The position numbers were made by a program, and so were the translations under genes. The notes beneath the pieces are model-generated. The model had not been told where the DNA came from, did not search any database, and saw nothing but the letters and a program-made list of their open reading frames with translations. Below, one piece after another: positions 50,425-60,148 of a stretch of DNA of 64,000 bases. Source of the DNA: an uncultured Candidatus Rokubacteria bacterium (lineage in GTDB: Bacteria; Methylomirabilota; Methylomirabilia; Rokubacteriales; DASRDR01). The stretch's first letter is position 1; the number at the start of each line of letters is the position of its first letter. The DNA is taken from assembly GCA_963805625.1 (NCBI GenBank), contig CAWDVE010000017.1, forward strand, positions 921,912-985,911, given 5' to 3'.

Positions 50425-50892
50425 ATGCGCATGACCGCCACCGACATCCGCCAGCAGCAGTTCGCCGTGCGGTTCTTCCGGGGATTCGACCCCCAGGAGG
50501 TCGACGCGTTCCTGGAAGAGATGGCCGACGACGTCGAAGAGCTATCCCGGGAGAACGCGCTCCTCAAGGAGCAGCTGGTGCTCGTCGAGGAGAAGTCCCG
50601 GGGCGTCGAGGGGCGGGAAAAGACGCTCCAGGAGACGCTCGTCACGACGCAGAAGATCGCCGAGGAGTTCAAGGAGAACGCTCGGCGCGAGGCGGAGCTT
50701 GTCCTTCGCGAGGCGCACCTGCGGGCCGAGAAGTTCATGCAGGACGCCCGGGAGGAGCACGCGAAGCTCACGGCCGAGGTCACCGCGCTCCGGCGGCTCC
50801 GGCGACAGCTGGGCGAGGAGATCATGGGCACGCTCGCCGCGCACAAGCGTCTCGCCGAGCAGGCGCTGGCGGAGGGCAATGCCGCTTCCTGA
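50425..50892 (+). CDS. divIVA: DivIVA-domain coiled-coil protein
   Basis: DIRQQQF..FRGFDPQEVDAFL followed by coiled coil. Confidence 0.88.
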   Translation: MRMTATDIRQQQFAVRFFRGFDPQEVDAFLEEMADDVEELSRENALLKEQLVLVEEKSRGVEGREKTLQETLVTTQKIAEEFKENARREAELVLREAHLRAEKFMQDAREEHAKLTAEVTALRRLRRQLGEEIMGTLAAHKRLAEQALAEGNAAS

Positions 50893-51196
50893 GACCCGCC
50901 TGACCGTGGAGGTTCGGCCCCGCGCCAGCCGCGATGAGATCGTCGGATGGCTGGGCAGTCGGCTCCGCGTGCGGGTGACCGCTCCGCCGGCCGACGGGGC
51001 CGCCAACGAGGCCGTTCGCGCCCTTCTGGCCGAACGGCTCGGCTGTGCCCGGTCGCGGGTCGAGATCGTCCGTGGCCACACGGCCCGGACCAAGATCGTG
51101 CGGGTCGTGGGCCTCGCGCCCGCCGAGGCCGCCACCCGGCTCGCGCTGCCCGGCGGTGTTGCGGGCCCGACCCGCGCTGCTGCGCGCTCCGCCTAG
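50879..51196 (+). CDS. yggU: DUF167/YggU family protein
   Basis: VRPRASR..RVTAPPADGAAN..GHTARTK. Confidence 0.9.
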   Translation: MPLPETRLTVEVRPRASRDEIVGWLGSRLRVRVTAPPADGAANEAVRALLAERLGCARSRVEIVRGHTARTKIVRVVGLAPAEAATRLALPGGVAGPTRAAARSA

Positions 51197-52233
51197 TGGG
51201 CGCGCCGCCGCTCGCGTTCTTCCCCGTCAGCTGGCAGCGGGATCGGCTGGTGCTGCTGGACCAGCGACGCCTGCCCGGGGAAGAGGTGTACCTCGAGTGC
51301 CGGACGTGGCCAGAGGTGGCGGACGCGATCCGCACTCTGGCGGTCCGCGGCGCGCCGGCGATCGGTGTGGCGGCCGCGTTCGGGGTCGCCCTCGCGGGCC
51401 TCGGGAGCTCGGCCCGCGATGGCGACGCGCTTCTCGGGGATCTCGAGGCGGCCCTCGATGGGCTCGCCCAGACCCGTCCGACCGCGGTGAACCTCTTCTG
51501 GGCGCTGGACCGCATGCGGCGGTACGCGCAAAGCCGCCGGGCGCTGTCCCTCGCGGAGCTTCGTGCCGGCCTCGTCGACGAGGCGGAGCTCATCCTGGAG
51601 GAGGACGTGGCGGCGAACCGCCGGCTCGGGGCTCACGGGGCGGAGCTCGTCCCCGTGGGAGCGCGGATCCTCACCCACTGCAATGCCGGCGGCCTCGCGA
51701 CGGCCGGCTACGGGACGGCGCTCGGCATCGTGCGCGGCGCCGTCGAGGCGGGGCGGCGGCCCTTCGTCTGGGTCGACGAGACGCGACCGGTCCTGCAAGG
51801 CGCGCGGCTCACCGCGTGGGAGCTGGTCCGCGAGGGCATCCCCCATGCGGTCATCGCGGACGTCGCCGCGGCCTCGACCATGGCCCGCGGCGAGGTTGAC
51901 CTCGTTGTGGTGGGGGCCGACCGGATCGCCCGGAACGGGGACACCGCCAACAAGATCGGGACCTACGGCGTGGCGGTGCTGGCGCGGCATCACGGGATCC
52001 CGTTCTACGTTGCCGCGCCCTTCTCGACCATCGACGCCGGGATCCCTGACGGATCGGTCATTCCCATCGAGGAGCGGGACCCCCGCGAGGTCCAGGAGCT
52101 GGCCGGCCGGCGCATCACGCCGGCGGCCTCCCCGGCGCGGAACCCGGCCTTCGACGTCACTCCCGCCGCGCTCATCACGGCCATCGTGACCGAGCGCGGC
52201 ATTTTCAGGGGGCCCTACCACTTCACCAGGTAG
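51196..52233 (+). CDS. mtnA: Methylthioribose-1-phosphate isomerase
   Basis: LDQRRLP, VRGAPAIG, RPTAVNL, THCNAG, ETRP, GADRI..NKIGT, NPAFDVTP; TAGTG overlap with yggU. Confidence 0.94.
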   Translation: MGAPPLAFFPVSWQRDRLVLLDQRRLPGEEVYLECRTWPEVADAIRTLAVRGAPAIGVAAAFGVALAGLGSSARDGDALLGDLEAALDGLAQTRPTAVNLFWALDRMRRYAQSRRALSLAELRAGLVDEAELILEEDVAANRRLGAHGAELVPVGARILTHCNAGGLATAGYGTALGIVRGAVEAGRRPFVWVDETRPVLQGARLTAWELVREGIPHAVIADVAAASTMARGEVDLVVVGADRIARNGDTANKIGTYGVAVLARHHGIPFYVAAPFSTIDAGIPDGSVIPIEERDPREVQELAGRRITPAASPARNPAFDVTPAALITAIVTERGIFRGPYHFTR

Positions 52234-52420
52234 ACCACGGGGCCGGCTCTGGGATTCCTGATCGACCGGCTGCTAGAGCTTGTCTCGGGCATCGGGCGCG
52301 GCGAGCGAACGGGAAGGCTCGCTGCGGTGGAGCGTTCGAGGTAGCGCTGACGATTCTCACGATCCTCGCTATAGTGGGTTTCATCTGGTGGCGGAATCGC
52401 TAGGCTGAAGGAGCCAGACC

Positions 52421-53563
52421 ATGAAGAAGTACCACCTGCTCGCGCCGGGTCCGACCCCGATCCCCCCCGTGGTCCTCCAGGCGATTGCCCAGCCGATCCT
52501 CCACCACCGGACGCCCGAGTTCGAGGCGCTCTTCGGCCGGGTGCGGTCCGGTCTCGCCGAGCTGATCGGGACTCGGAGCGAGGTCATCATCCTGGCGGCC
52601 TCGGGTACCGGTGCGCTCGAGGCTGCCGTCGTCAACCTCTGCTCGCCCGGGGACGAGGTGCTCGTCGTACGGTGCGGCAAGTTCGGCGAGCGCTGGGCTG
52701 ACATCGCCCGGGCCTTCGGCCTCACCGTCCGCACCATTGATGCGCCATACGGCGAGACGGTGCCGCCGGAGCGAGTGGCGGCGGCCCTGGCCGCGCATCC
52801 CAAGGCGCGGGCCCTCTTCGTGACCCAGAGCGAGACGTCGACCGGCGTTCTCGAGGACGTCGAGGCGTACGCCGCCCTCACCCTGGGGACCGACACCCTG
52901 TGCGTGGTGGACACGGTCTCGTCGCTCGGGGTCGTGCCGTGCCCGATGGATCTCTGGGGGATCGACGTCGTGGTCGCGGGCTCGCAGAAGGGGCTCATGT
53001 GCCCCCCGGGGCTCGCGTTCGTGGCGCTGAACGACCGTGCGTGGCGAGCGGCCGAGCACGCCCGGTGCCCACGCTTCTACTGGGACCTTCCCACCGAGCG
53101 GCGCTGGCAAGCGAAGCACCAGGGCCAGTTCACGCCTGCCGTGTCGCTCCTCGCGGGACTCGATGTCGCGCTCGGGCTCCTCCGCGCCGAGGGATTCGCG
53201 GAGGTCTACCGTCGCCACGACCGGCTCGCGCGTGCGGCGCGGGCGGGGGCCGAGGCGCTCGGGCTCGCGCTCTTCGCCCGGGCGACGCCGAGCCCGGCTG
53301 TCACGGCCATCATCCCGCCGGCGGGGATCGACGGCGAGGCGGTCGTGCGGGCGTACGGCTCGGACGACAACATCACCATCGCGGGCGGGCAGGGTGAGAT
53401 GAAGGGGAAGCTCTTCCGGCTTGCCCACCTGGGCTGGGTCGACGAATCCGACCTGATCGTCGGCCTCGCGTCGCTCGAGCGCGTCCTCGTGCGGCTGGGG
53501 GTGCCGGTGGAGCTGGGCGCGGGGGTGGCCGCCGCGCAGCGGATCTTCGCCAAGGAGAGCTGA
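52421..53563 (+). CDS. Class V PLP aminotransferase (serine-pyruvate/alanine-glyoxylate family)
   Basis: PGPTP, HHR, SGTGALE, SETSTG, DTVSS, GSQKGL..PPG; upstream TATAGT and AAGGAG. Confidence 0.9.
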   Translation: MKKYHLLAPGPTPIPPVVLQAIAQPILHHRTPEFEALFGRVRSGLAELIGTRSEVIILAASGTGALEAAVVNLCSPGDEVLVVRCGKFGERWADIARAFGLTVRTIDAPYGETVPPERVAAALAAHPKARALFVTQSETSTGVLEDVEAYAALTLGTDTLCVVDTVSSLGVVPCPMDLWGIDVVVAGSQKGLMCPPGLAFVALNDRAWRAAEHARCPRFYWDLPTERRWQAKHQGQFTPAVSLLAGLDVALGLLRAEGFAEVYRRHDRLARAARAGAEALGLALFARATPSPAVTAIIPPAGIDGEAVVRAYGSDDNITIAGGQGEMKGKLFRLAHLGWVDESDLIVGLASLERVLVRLGVPVELGAGVAAAQRIFAKES

Positions 53564-53570
53564 CTCGGCG

Positions 53571-55166
53571 GTGAGCGCCCCGTTCGCCAAGCGAGTGCTC
53601 GTCACCGACTCCCTCCAGGAGATCGGAGTGGACACGCTTCGCGGCGAGAGCCTGCTGGTCGACGTGGTTCCGACCCTGCCGCCCGAGGAGCTCGCCCGGC
53701 GGATCGGCCCCTACCACGGCCTCGTGGTCCGGAGTGCGACCTGCGTCACGGCGGCGGTGATTGACGCCGCGCCCGCCCTCGAGGTGATCGGGCGCGCCGG
53801 GGTCGGCCTCGACAACGTCGACGTGGAAGCGGCCACGCGGCGCGGCATCGTCTGCATGAACACCCCCGGCGGCAACACGATCGCCGCGGCCGAGCACACG
53901 ATGGCGCTCCTCCTCGCTGTCGCGCGGAAGCTGCCCCAGGCCCACGCCCACCTCCGGGGCGGCAAGTGGGAGCGCGATCGCTTCCTCGGGGCGGAGGTCT
54001 ACGGCAAGACGCTCGGCATCGTCGGGCTCGGGCGCATCGGCACGGAGGTCGCGCGACGCGCGCAAGGTTTCCAGATGACGGTCGTCGCCTACGACCCGTA
54101 CCTCGGCACCGAGGTCGCGGAAAGGCTCGGGGTCGAGCTGGTCGACCTGGACGCGCTCCTCCGGCGGTCGGACTTCATCTCGGTCCACATTCCCTTGACG
54201 AAGGAGACGCGAGGCCTGATCGGCGCCGCGGAGCTCGGGCGGACGAAGCCCGGCGTGCGCATCGTCAACTGCGCCAGGGGCGGCATCGTCGACGAGGCCT
54301 CGCTGGCGGCAGCGATTCAGACTGGCCACGTCGCGGGCGCCGGGCTCGACGTCTTCGAGCAGGAGCCCCCCTGGGGCTCGCCGCTCCTGGACCTGGAGCC
54401 GGTCGTCGTGACGCCGCACCTCGGCGCCTCCACGGAGGAGGCGCAGACGCAGGTTGCGGTGGCCATCGCGCAGCAGGTGGCCGACCTCCTGCTCCGTGGC
54501 GTGGTCCGTCACGCCGTCAACGCGCCCAGCGTGGACCCCGAGCTTCTGCGGGAGCTGGCGCCCTATCTCGGGCTCGCCGTGAAGCTCGGGTCGTTCCTCG
54601 GCCAGCTCGCCGAGGGTCGGATGGCCGAGGCGCGGCTCACCTACGCGGGCGAGATCGCCGGGCACGCGACCCAGCCGCTCACCGTTACCTTCCTGCGGGG
54701 GCTCCTCGGCGTGATCCTCGAGGAGAACGTGACCGACGTGAACGCGCCGTACCTCGCGCGGCAGCGGGGCCTGCGCGTTGTCGAGTCGAAAACGCCCGTG
54801 AGCGAGGACTACGCCAGCCTGCTGACCGCCGAGCTCGTGACCGATCGGGGTCAGTGGCAGGTCGCCGGGACGCTCTTCCACCGCCGCGAGCCACGGATCG
54901 TCCAGGTGGATAGGTTCGACCTCGAGGCGCACGCGGTGGGCTGGATGGTCGTGCTCTCGAACGACGACGTGCCGGGCGTCATCGGACGGCTCGGCACCCT
55001 CCTTGGCGCGCACGGGATCAACATCGCAGGCATGCAGCTCGGGCGGCAGCAGCCCGGCGGTCGCGCCGTGTCCGTCCTGAGCCTGGACACGCCGATCTCG
55101 GACCTCGTGCTCGCCGAGCTCCGGGCGCTGCCGTCGATCCGCTCGGCCCGCCTCGTGCGGCTGTAG
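53571..55166 (+). CDS. serA: D-3-phosphoglycerate dehydrogenase with ASB and ACT domains
   Basis: RAGVGLDNVD, GLGRIG, NCARGG, TPHLGAST, DVPGVIG..INIAGM. Confidence 0.95.
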   Translation: MSAPFAKRVLVTDSLQEIGVDTLRGESLLVDVVPTLPPEELARRIGPYHGLVVRSATCVTAAVIDAAPALEVIGRAGVGLDNVDVEAATRRGIVCMNTPGGNTIAAAEHTMALLLAVARKLPQAHAHLRGGKWERDRFLGAEVYGKTLGIVGLGRIGTEVARRAQGFQMTVVAYDPYLGTEVAERLGVELVDLDALLRRSDFISVHIPLTKETRGLIGAAELGRTKPGVRIVNCARGGIVDEASLAAAIQTGHVAGAGLDVFEQEPPWGSPLLDLEPVVVTPHLGASTEEAQTQVAVAIAQQVADLLLRGVVRHAVNAPSVDPELLRELAPYLGLAVKLGSFLGQLAEGRMAEARLTYAGEIAGHATQPLTVTFLRGLLGVILEENVTDVNAPYLARQRGLRVVESKTPVSEDYASLLTAELVTDRGQWQVAGTLFHRREPRIVQVDRFDLEAHAVGWMVVLSNDDVPGVIGRLGTLLGAHGINIAGMQLGRQQPGGRAVSVLSLDTPISDLVLAELRALPSIRSARLVRL

Positions 55167-55262
55167 CGCTTTCGCTCCACCCGGCCGGCCGAGCCACACC
55201 TGCCGAGCGGGCCCCGTACAATGGGGGAGCGTGAATCCCCCGAGAGGAGCAGCCGCGCGTAG

Positions 55263-57062
55263 ATGGCTCGGTCACTGCTCCTGAGCTGCGAGGCGGTCGG
55301 CAAGACCTACGGGGCCCGGACGCTCTTCGACCAGCTGTCCTTCGGCCTCTTCGACGGAGACCAGGTGGGCCTCGTGGGGCCGAATGGCTCCGGCAAGTCC
55401 ACCCTCCTCAGGATTCTCGCCGGGCTGGAGCCCCCCGACCACGGCACCCGCGCCGTTCGCGGCGGCATCCGCATCGGCTACGTCCCCCAGGATCCGCTCT
55501 TCCAGGCCGGCGTCACCGTCGAGGACGTGCTCGCCGCCGCCCTGGCAACGGTGGAGGAGGACGAGCGCCCCGGGCGCGTCGCGCAGACGCTCGGCCGCGC
55601 CGGCTTCGCGGACGGGCGCGCGGCGGTCGAGGCGCTGTCCGGCGGCTGGAGAAAGCGCCTGGCGATCGCGCGCGAGCTGGCGGGCATGCCCGACGTCCTG
55701 CTGATGGACGAGCCCACCAACCACCTCGACGTGGATGGCATCCTCTGGCTGGAAGGCGTTCTCGCCGATCGGGCGCGCGCCGTCCTCGTCGTGAGCCACG
55801 ACCGCTACTTCCTCGAGCACGTGGCCACCCGCATGCTGGAGCTGAACCGGGCGTACCCGGACGGCCTGTTCCAGACCGATGGCGGGTACAGCGAGTTCCT
55901 CGCCCGACGCGACGAGTTCCTGCGGGGCCAGGCCGCCTACGAGGAGTCCCTGGCCAACACGGTGCGTCGCGAGATCGAGTGGCTGCGGCGCGGCGCGAAG
56001 GCGCGCTCCACCAAGGCGAAGGGGCGCATCCGGGAGGCCGGCCGCCTCATCGAGGAGCTGGGGGACGCCCGGGCGCGGACCGCCGGCGGCACCGCCGGCA
56101 TCGAGCTCCTCGCTTCGGGGCGCCGGAGGCGCAAGCTTCTCGTCGCGCGGGGGCTGTGGAAGGCGCGTGGAGGCCGCCCGCTCATCCGGGACCTCGACCT
56201 GGCGGTCGTGCGCGGCACCCACGTCGGCCTCATCGGTCCGAACGGCAGCGGCAAGACGACGCTGCTCGACCTGCTCGCCGGCACTCTCGTTCCCGACGCC
56301 GGCGAGATCGAGCGGGCCGAGGGACTCCGGCTGGTCCGCTTCGACCAACACCGTGCGACCCTGGACCCCGACCAGCCGCTTCGGCGCGCGCTCTCGCCGG
56401 AGGGCGACGCCGTCGTCTTCCAGGGCCGAAGCATCCACGTGGCCTCGTGGGCCAAGCGCTTCCTGTTCCGGCCCGAGCAGCTCGAGCTGCCCGTCGGCCG
56501 CCTGTCGGGCGGCGAGCAGGCCCGCATCCTCATCGCGCGCCTGATGCGGGAGCCGGCCGACCTCTTGATCCTGGACGAGCCGACGAACGACCTGGACATC
56601 CCGACGCTCGAGGTTCTCGAGGACAGCCTCGCGGAGTTCGAGGGAGGCTTGGTGCTCGTCACCCACGACCGCTTCATGCTCGAGCACGTGTCCAACGTCG
56701 TCCTGGCCCTCGACGGCGAGGGCGGGGCCGAGACGTTCGCGGACTACGCGCAGTGGGAAGCGACCCGGGCCGCCCGGGCGCCGGCGCCGCGCGAGGCGAC
56801 GCCAGCGGCGCCGGTGCGCGCGCGGCCGAGGACGAAGCGGCTCGGGTATCTCGATCAGCGCGAGTGGGACGGGATGGAGCGGGCGATCCTGGACGCCGAG
56901 AACGCCGCCGAAGCGTGCCGGCGCGCGGCGGAAGACCCCGGCATCGCATCGGACCCGGTGGCGCTCGAGACCCGCTACGCGGCGCTCCAGGCCGCGCGAG
57001 CCATGGTGGACCGGCTCTACGCCCGCTGGGCCGAGCTCGAGGCCAAGCAGCCTGACGGGTAG
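55263..57062 (+). CDS. uup: ABC-F ATPase, Uup-like
   Basis: Two NBDs (GPNGSGKS/T, LSGG, DEPTN), linker EWLRRG.KAR.TK, C-terminal LYARWAELE. Confidence 0.88.
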   Translation: MARSLLLSCEAVGKTYGARTLFDQLSFGLFDGDQVGLVGPNGSGKSTLLRILAGLEPPDHGTRAVRGGIRIGYVPQDPLFQAGVTVEDVLAAALATVEEDERPGRVAQTLGRAGFADGRAAVEALSGGWRKRLAIARELAGMPDVLLMDEPTNHLDVDGILWLEGVLADRARAVLVVSHDRYFLEHVATRMLELNRAYPDGLFQTDGGYSEFLARRDEFLRGQAAYEESLANTVRREIEWLRRGAKARSTKAKGRIREAGRLIEELGDARARTAGGTAGIELLASGRRRRKLLVARGLWKARGGRPLIRDLDLAVVRGTHVGLIGPNGSGKTTLLDLLAGTLVPDAGEIERAEGLRLVRFDQHRATLDPDQPLRRALSPEGDAVVFQGRSIHVASWAKRFLFRPEQLELPVGRLSGGEQARILIARLMREPADLLILDEPTNDLDIPTLEVLEDSLAEFEGGLVLVTHDRFMLEHVSNVVLALDGEGGAETFADYAQWEATRAARAPAPREATPAAPVRARPRTKRLGYLDQREWDGMERAILDAENAAEACRRAAEDPGIASDPVALETRYAALQAARAMVDRLYARWAELEAKQPDG

Positions 57063-57088
57063 CTAGCGCGCGGGATCGCCAGCCCCTC

Positions 57089-58093
57089 TCAGCGCCGCAG
57101 GCCCTCGAGGACCGGGGCGAGCATCTCGATCCCCTTCGGACCCGGCGGGTGCACGAGGCTCAGCGTGAGGTGCTGGACCCCCACGGTCTGGAAGGTCCGG
57201 ACGTGGGCCAGGAGCTCGTCGGTTGTCCCCACGCGCGCCATCTGGCGCATGCCGCCGAGCTCGAAGACCGAGACTCCCGGCGGCGCGGTGACGTCCGGCA
57301 CGCCCGGCCGCGGCTCGCCCGCCCGCGTGAGCGCCACCCGGGTCCCCGCCGCGCGCGTGATGGTCGCCGGGTCGCGCTTCGCGTCGGCGCAGGCGCGTTC
57401 GAGCGCCTCGAACCGGCTCCGGACGTCGCTCGCGACGAGATGGTAGTCCGCGTCGTACACGTCGGCGTAGCGCGCGGCCAGCGCCATCATGCGGGGGCGC
57501 TGGGCGCCGATCAGGATCGGCGGGCCGCCGGCGCGCGGGCCGCGCGGGGCGAGGACGCAGTCCTGTGCCTGGTAGTACTGCCCCTGGAAGTCCACCCGGC
57601 CCTCCCGGAGGAGCGGCACGATGATCGCGAGGGCTTCCTCGAAGCGGCCGACGCGGTGATCGTACGGGATGCCGAACGCGTGGTACTCCGGCTCGTGCCA
57701 GCCGGCGCCGAGGCCGAGGACGACGCGTCCGTCCGACACCTCGTCGAGCGTGTCGGCCATCTTGGCGAGGATCGCCGGGTTCCGGAACCCCGTGCACGCC
57801 ACCAGGGGCCCGAGGTGGATGCGGCTCGTCGCCTCGGCCAGGGCGGAGAGGATCGTCCACGATTCCCAGATCCCGCGGAGCTTGCCCTCCGGCATGTTGA
57901 CCTGCATGAGGTTGTCCGGCGGCGATTTCCGGAACAGGAGGTGGTCGGGCAGGAACAGCGTGTCGACACCGACCGATTCCGCCGTGCGGGCCATCTCCCG
58001 GAGATCCGCCCAGCGAACGGGGCGCCCCTCGCCGAGAGCTCCGGCGCCGATCGGAAGCATGAGCCCAAGCCGCATCCTGTCCGTACCTGTCAC
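57089..58093 (-). CDS. LLM-class flavin-dependent oxidoreductase
   Basis: PDHLL, WESWTILSALA, RNPAILAKMA.TLD, LGLGAGW; GAGAGGAG SD before GTG. Confidence 0.88.
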   Translation of the reverse strand: MTGTDRMRLGLMLPIGAGALGEGRPVRWADLREMARTAESVGVDTLFLPDHLLFRKSPPDNLMQVNMPEGKLRGIWESWTILSALAEATSRIHLGPLVACTGFRNPAILAKMADTLDEVSDGRVVLGLGAGWHEPEYHAFGIPYDHRVGRFEEALAIIVPLLREGRVDFQGQYYQAQDCVLAPRGPRAGGPPILIGAQRPRMMALAARYADVYDADYHLVASDVRSRFEALERACADAKRDPATITRAAGTRVALTRAGEPRPGVPDVTAPPGVSVFELGGMRQMARVGTTDELLAHVRTFQTVGVQHLTLSLVHPPGPKGIEMLAPVLEGLRR

Positions 58094-58164
58094 GCGCTGC
58101 TCCTCTCGGTCAAAGGGCGACGAAGCATCCCGAGGATCCTTGCTAGCAGACCGACCGTTGGCGA

Positions 58165-60099
58165 TCAGATTGTAGCCCGCGGGACCCAAACACGCATCGC
58201 GCCCGGGCTTCGATTCGCCCAGGCGAAGTACGGGATTGCCGAGAGCTCCACCCGTTGCCGTGTCGGCGGCGCCTCGGAGCGGAACGGGCGGTAGAGTCGA
58301 TCGCCCCACGACGAGGTGTCGACGCGGAACCCCGGTGCCCGGACGACCACGACGCCTTCGAGGAGCCCGGGGTCCCAGCGGGACGCCGGCACTCCGGTCG
58401 GGTCGATCTCGAGCTCGGCGATCGGCGCGTCGCCCTGATCAGCTTGCTCGAGGCAATAGACGAGGGGGCCGCGCTCGATCGCGACGGATCCGCGGGTCGA
58501 CTCGATCGCCGGGTGTGGCTCGATCAGCCTTACGTCCATCGGGAGGTCCAGCTCCACGGCGTCACCCGGGCGCCAGCTTCGCTCGAGACGGAGGTAACCC
58601 CGCGCGTCCGGTGCGGCCTCCATCGCTCCGCCGTTCACCTGCACGGTGGCGCGCGCGCACCATTCCGGGACCCGCAAGGCGAGCGGCCACGAGCTTCCGT
58701 CTCCCTCCTCGATCGTCAACCGGACCGACCCCTCCCACGGGTAGCAGGTCTCCATCCGCAGGGCCACGGGGCTCCCCGATGGCAGCGAGGTCGCGATCCG
58801 GGCCGGCGCGTACTGGTGCATCTGGAGCCCCGCGCGATCGCGCGTCGCGACGTAGTGCCCGAGCGACGCCAGGAGCCGCATGACGTTCGGTGGACAGCAG
58901 GCGACCAGGTGCCATTCCTTTCGCCGGCAGCCGCCGCGCCCGAGATGCTCCGCTCGCCCGTTGCTGGCCAGGGGGTTCACGTAGAAGTAGCGCTCGCCGT
59001 CGAGCGACACCCCGGCGAGCACGGCGTTGTGGAGCGTCCGGTCGATCAGGTCGGCGAAGCGCGCCTGGCCGGTGGCCAGTAGCATCCGCCAGCTCCAGAG
59101 GATGCTGGCGATGGCCGCGCACGTCTCGCAGTAGGCGAGATCGTTCGGCAGCTCGTACGGCTGACCGAACGCCTCTCCCAGATGGCGTGAGCCGACGCCC
59201 CCGGTCACGTACAGCTTGTGACTGGTGAGGTCCGCCCATTGACGGTCGAGGGCGGCCAGGAGCACCGCCTCCCTGGTCTCCAGGTACACGTCCGCGATCC
59301 CCGCGGTCAGGTACAGCGCGCGGACGGCATGACCCTCGACCTCGGCCGCCTCCCGCACGGGCACCCGGTCCTGATAGTAGGCCGCGCTGTTGTAACGTCC
59401 GGGGCCGAGCCAGGCGCGACCACGCTGGTCGAGGAAGAACCCTGCCAGATCGAGGTAGCGCCGCTCGCGGGTTTCCCGGTAGAGTTCGGTGAGCCCCATC
59501 TCGATCTCCGGGTGGCCGGGCGTCCCGGGCTCTCTGCCGGGCCCGAAGCGCGCGTCGAGATAGTCCGCGAAGCGCCGAGCGATCCGGAGCAGGCGGTCAT
59601 CGCCGGTGGCCCGATGGTGCGCGACCGCGGCCTGGAACAGGTGACCCGCACAGTAGAGCTCGTGCCCCTGGGCGAAGTCGGTCCAGCGCCGGCCCGGCTC
59701 CGCCACCTGATAGTGGGAGTTCAGGTAGCCGTCCTCACCCTGGGCGGCGCCGACGATCTCGATCACGGCCGTCATGTGTGATAGGAGCCAGTCGCTCGGA
59801 ATCCGGGCGTGCTCGTAGGCGGCAGCCTCGATCCACTTGTACACGTCCGAGTCCATGAAGACCGGGCCCTGGTAGCGACCGGTGGATCTGCCGGCGGCGA
59901 TGCGGAGATTCTCGAAGTTCCCCGCGGCCTCGAGCATCCGGTAGCCGTGGGGCAGAGCGGCGTCACGGTTGGTCGCCTGCCGCCGGGCCCACAGACCGCC
60001 CTCGATCGTCACGGCGCCTCCGGCGAGCGTCTGCCACATGGCTGCCGGACTGTGAGTGGTGTCGGTCGGGCTGGCGCCGCGGGTCGGGATCCCTGTCAT
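58165..60099 (-). CDS. GH127 beta-L-arabinofuranosidase-like glycoside hydrolase
   Basis: DSDVYKWIE, HELYCAGH, GHAVR, GEAF, YCETCA, ACCPPN (Zn/Cys catalytic motifs). Confidence 0.92.
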   Translation of the reverse strand: MTGIPTRGASPTDTTHSPAAMWQTLAGGAVTIEGGLWARRQATNRDAALPHGYRMLEAAGNFENLRIAAGRSTGRYQGPVFMDSDVYKWIEAAAYEHARIPSDWLLSHMTAVIEIVGAAQGEDGYLNSHYQVAEPGRRWTDFAQGHELYCAGHLFQAAVAHHRATGDDRLLRIARRFADYLDARFGPGREPGTPGHPEIEMGLTELYRETRERRYLDLAGFFLDQRGRAWLGPGRYNSAAYYQDRVPVREAAEVEGHAVRALYLTAGIADVYLETREAVLLAALDRQWADLTSHKLYVTGGVGSRHLGEAFGQPYELPNDLAYCETCAAIASILWSWRMLLATGQARFADLIDRTLHNAVLAGVSLDGERYFYVNPLASNGRAEHLGRGGCRRKEWHLVACCPPNVMRLLASLGHYVATRDRAGLQMHQYAPARIATSLPSGSPVALRMETCYPWEGSVRLTIEEGDGSSWPLALRVPEWCARATVQVNGGAMEAAPDARGYLRLERSWRPGDAVELDLPMDVRLIEPHPAIESTRGSVAIERGPLVYCLEQADQGDAPIAELEIDPTGVPASRWDPGLLEGVVVVRAPGFRVDTSSWGDRLYRPFRSEAPPTRQRVELSAIPYFAWANRSPGAMRVWVPRATI

Positions 60100-60148
60100 C
60101 TGGTCCTCCAGCTTGAGCGGGTTTGGCGGGTTCGGAAGAGGGCCGATC

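Noticed and set aside
52421-55166. Aminotransferase-serA pair as a novel pathway
   Set aside because: A class V aminotransferase next to serA is a known arrangement, probably standing in for SerC.
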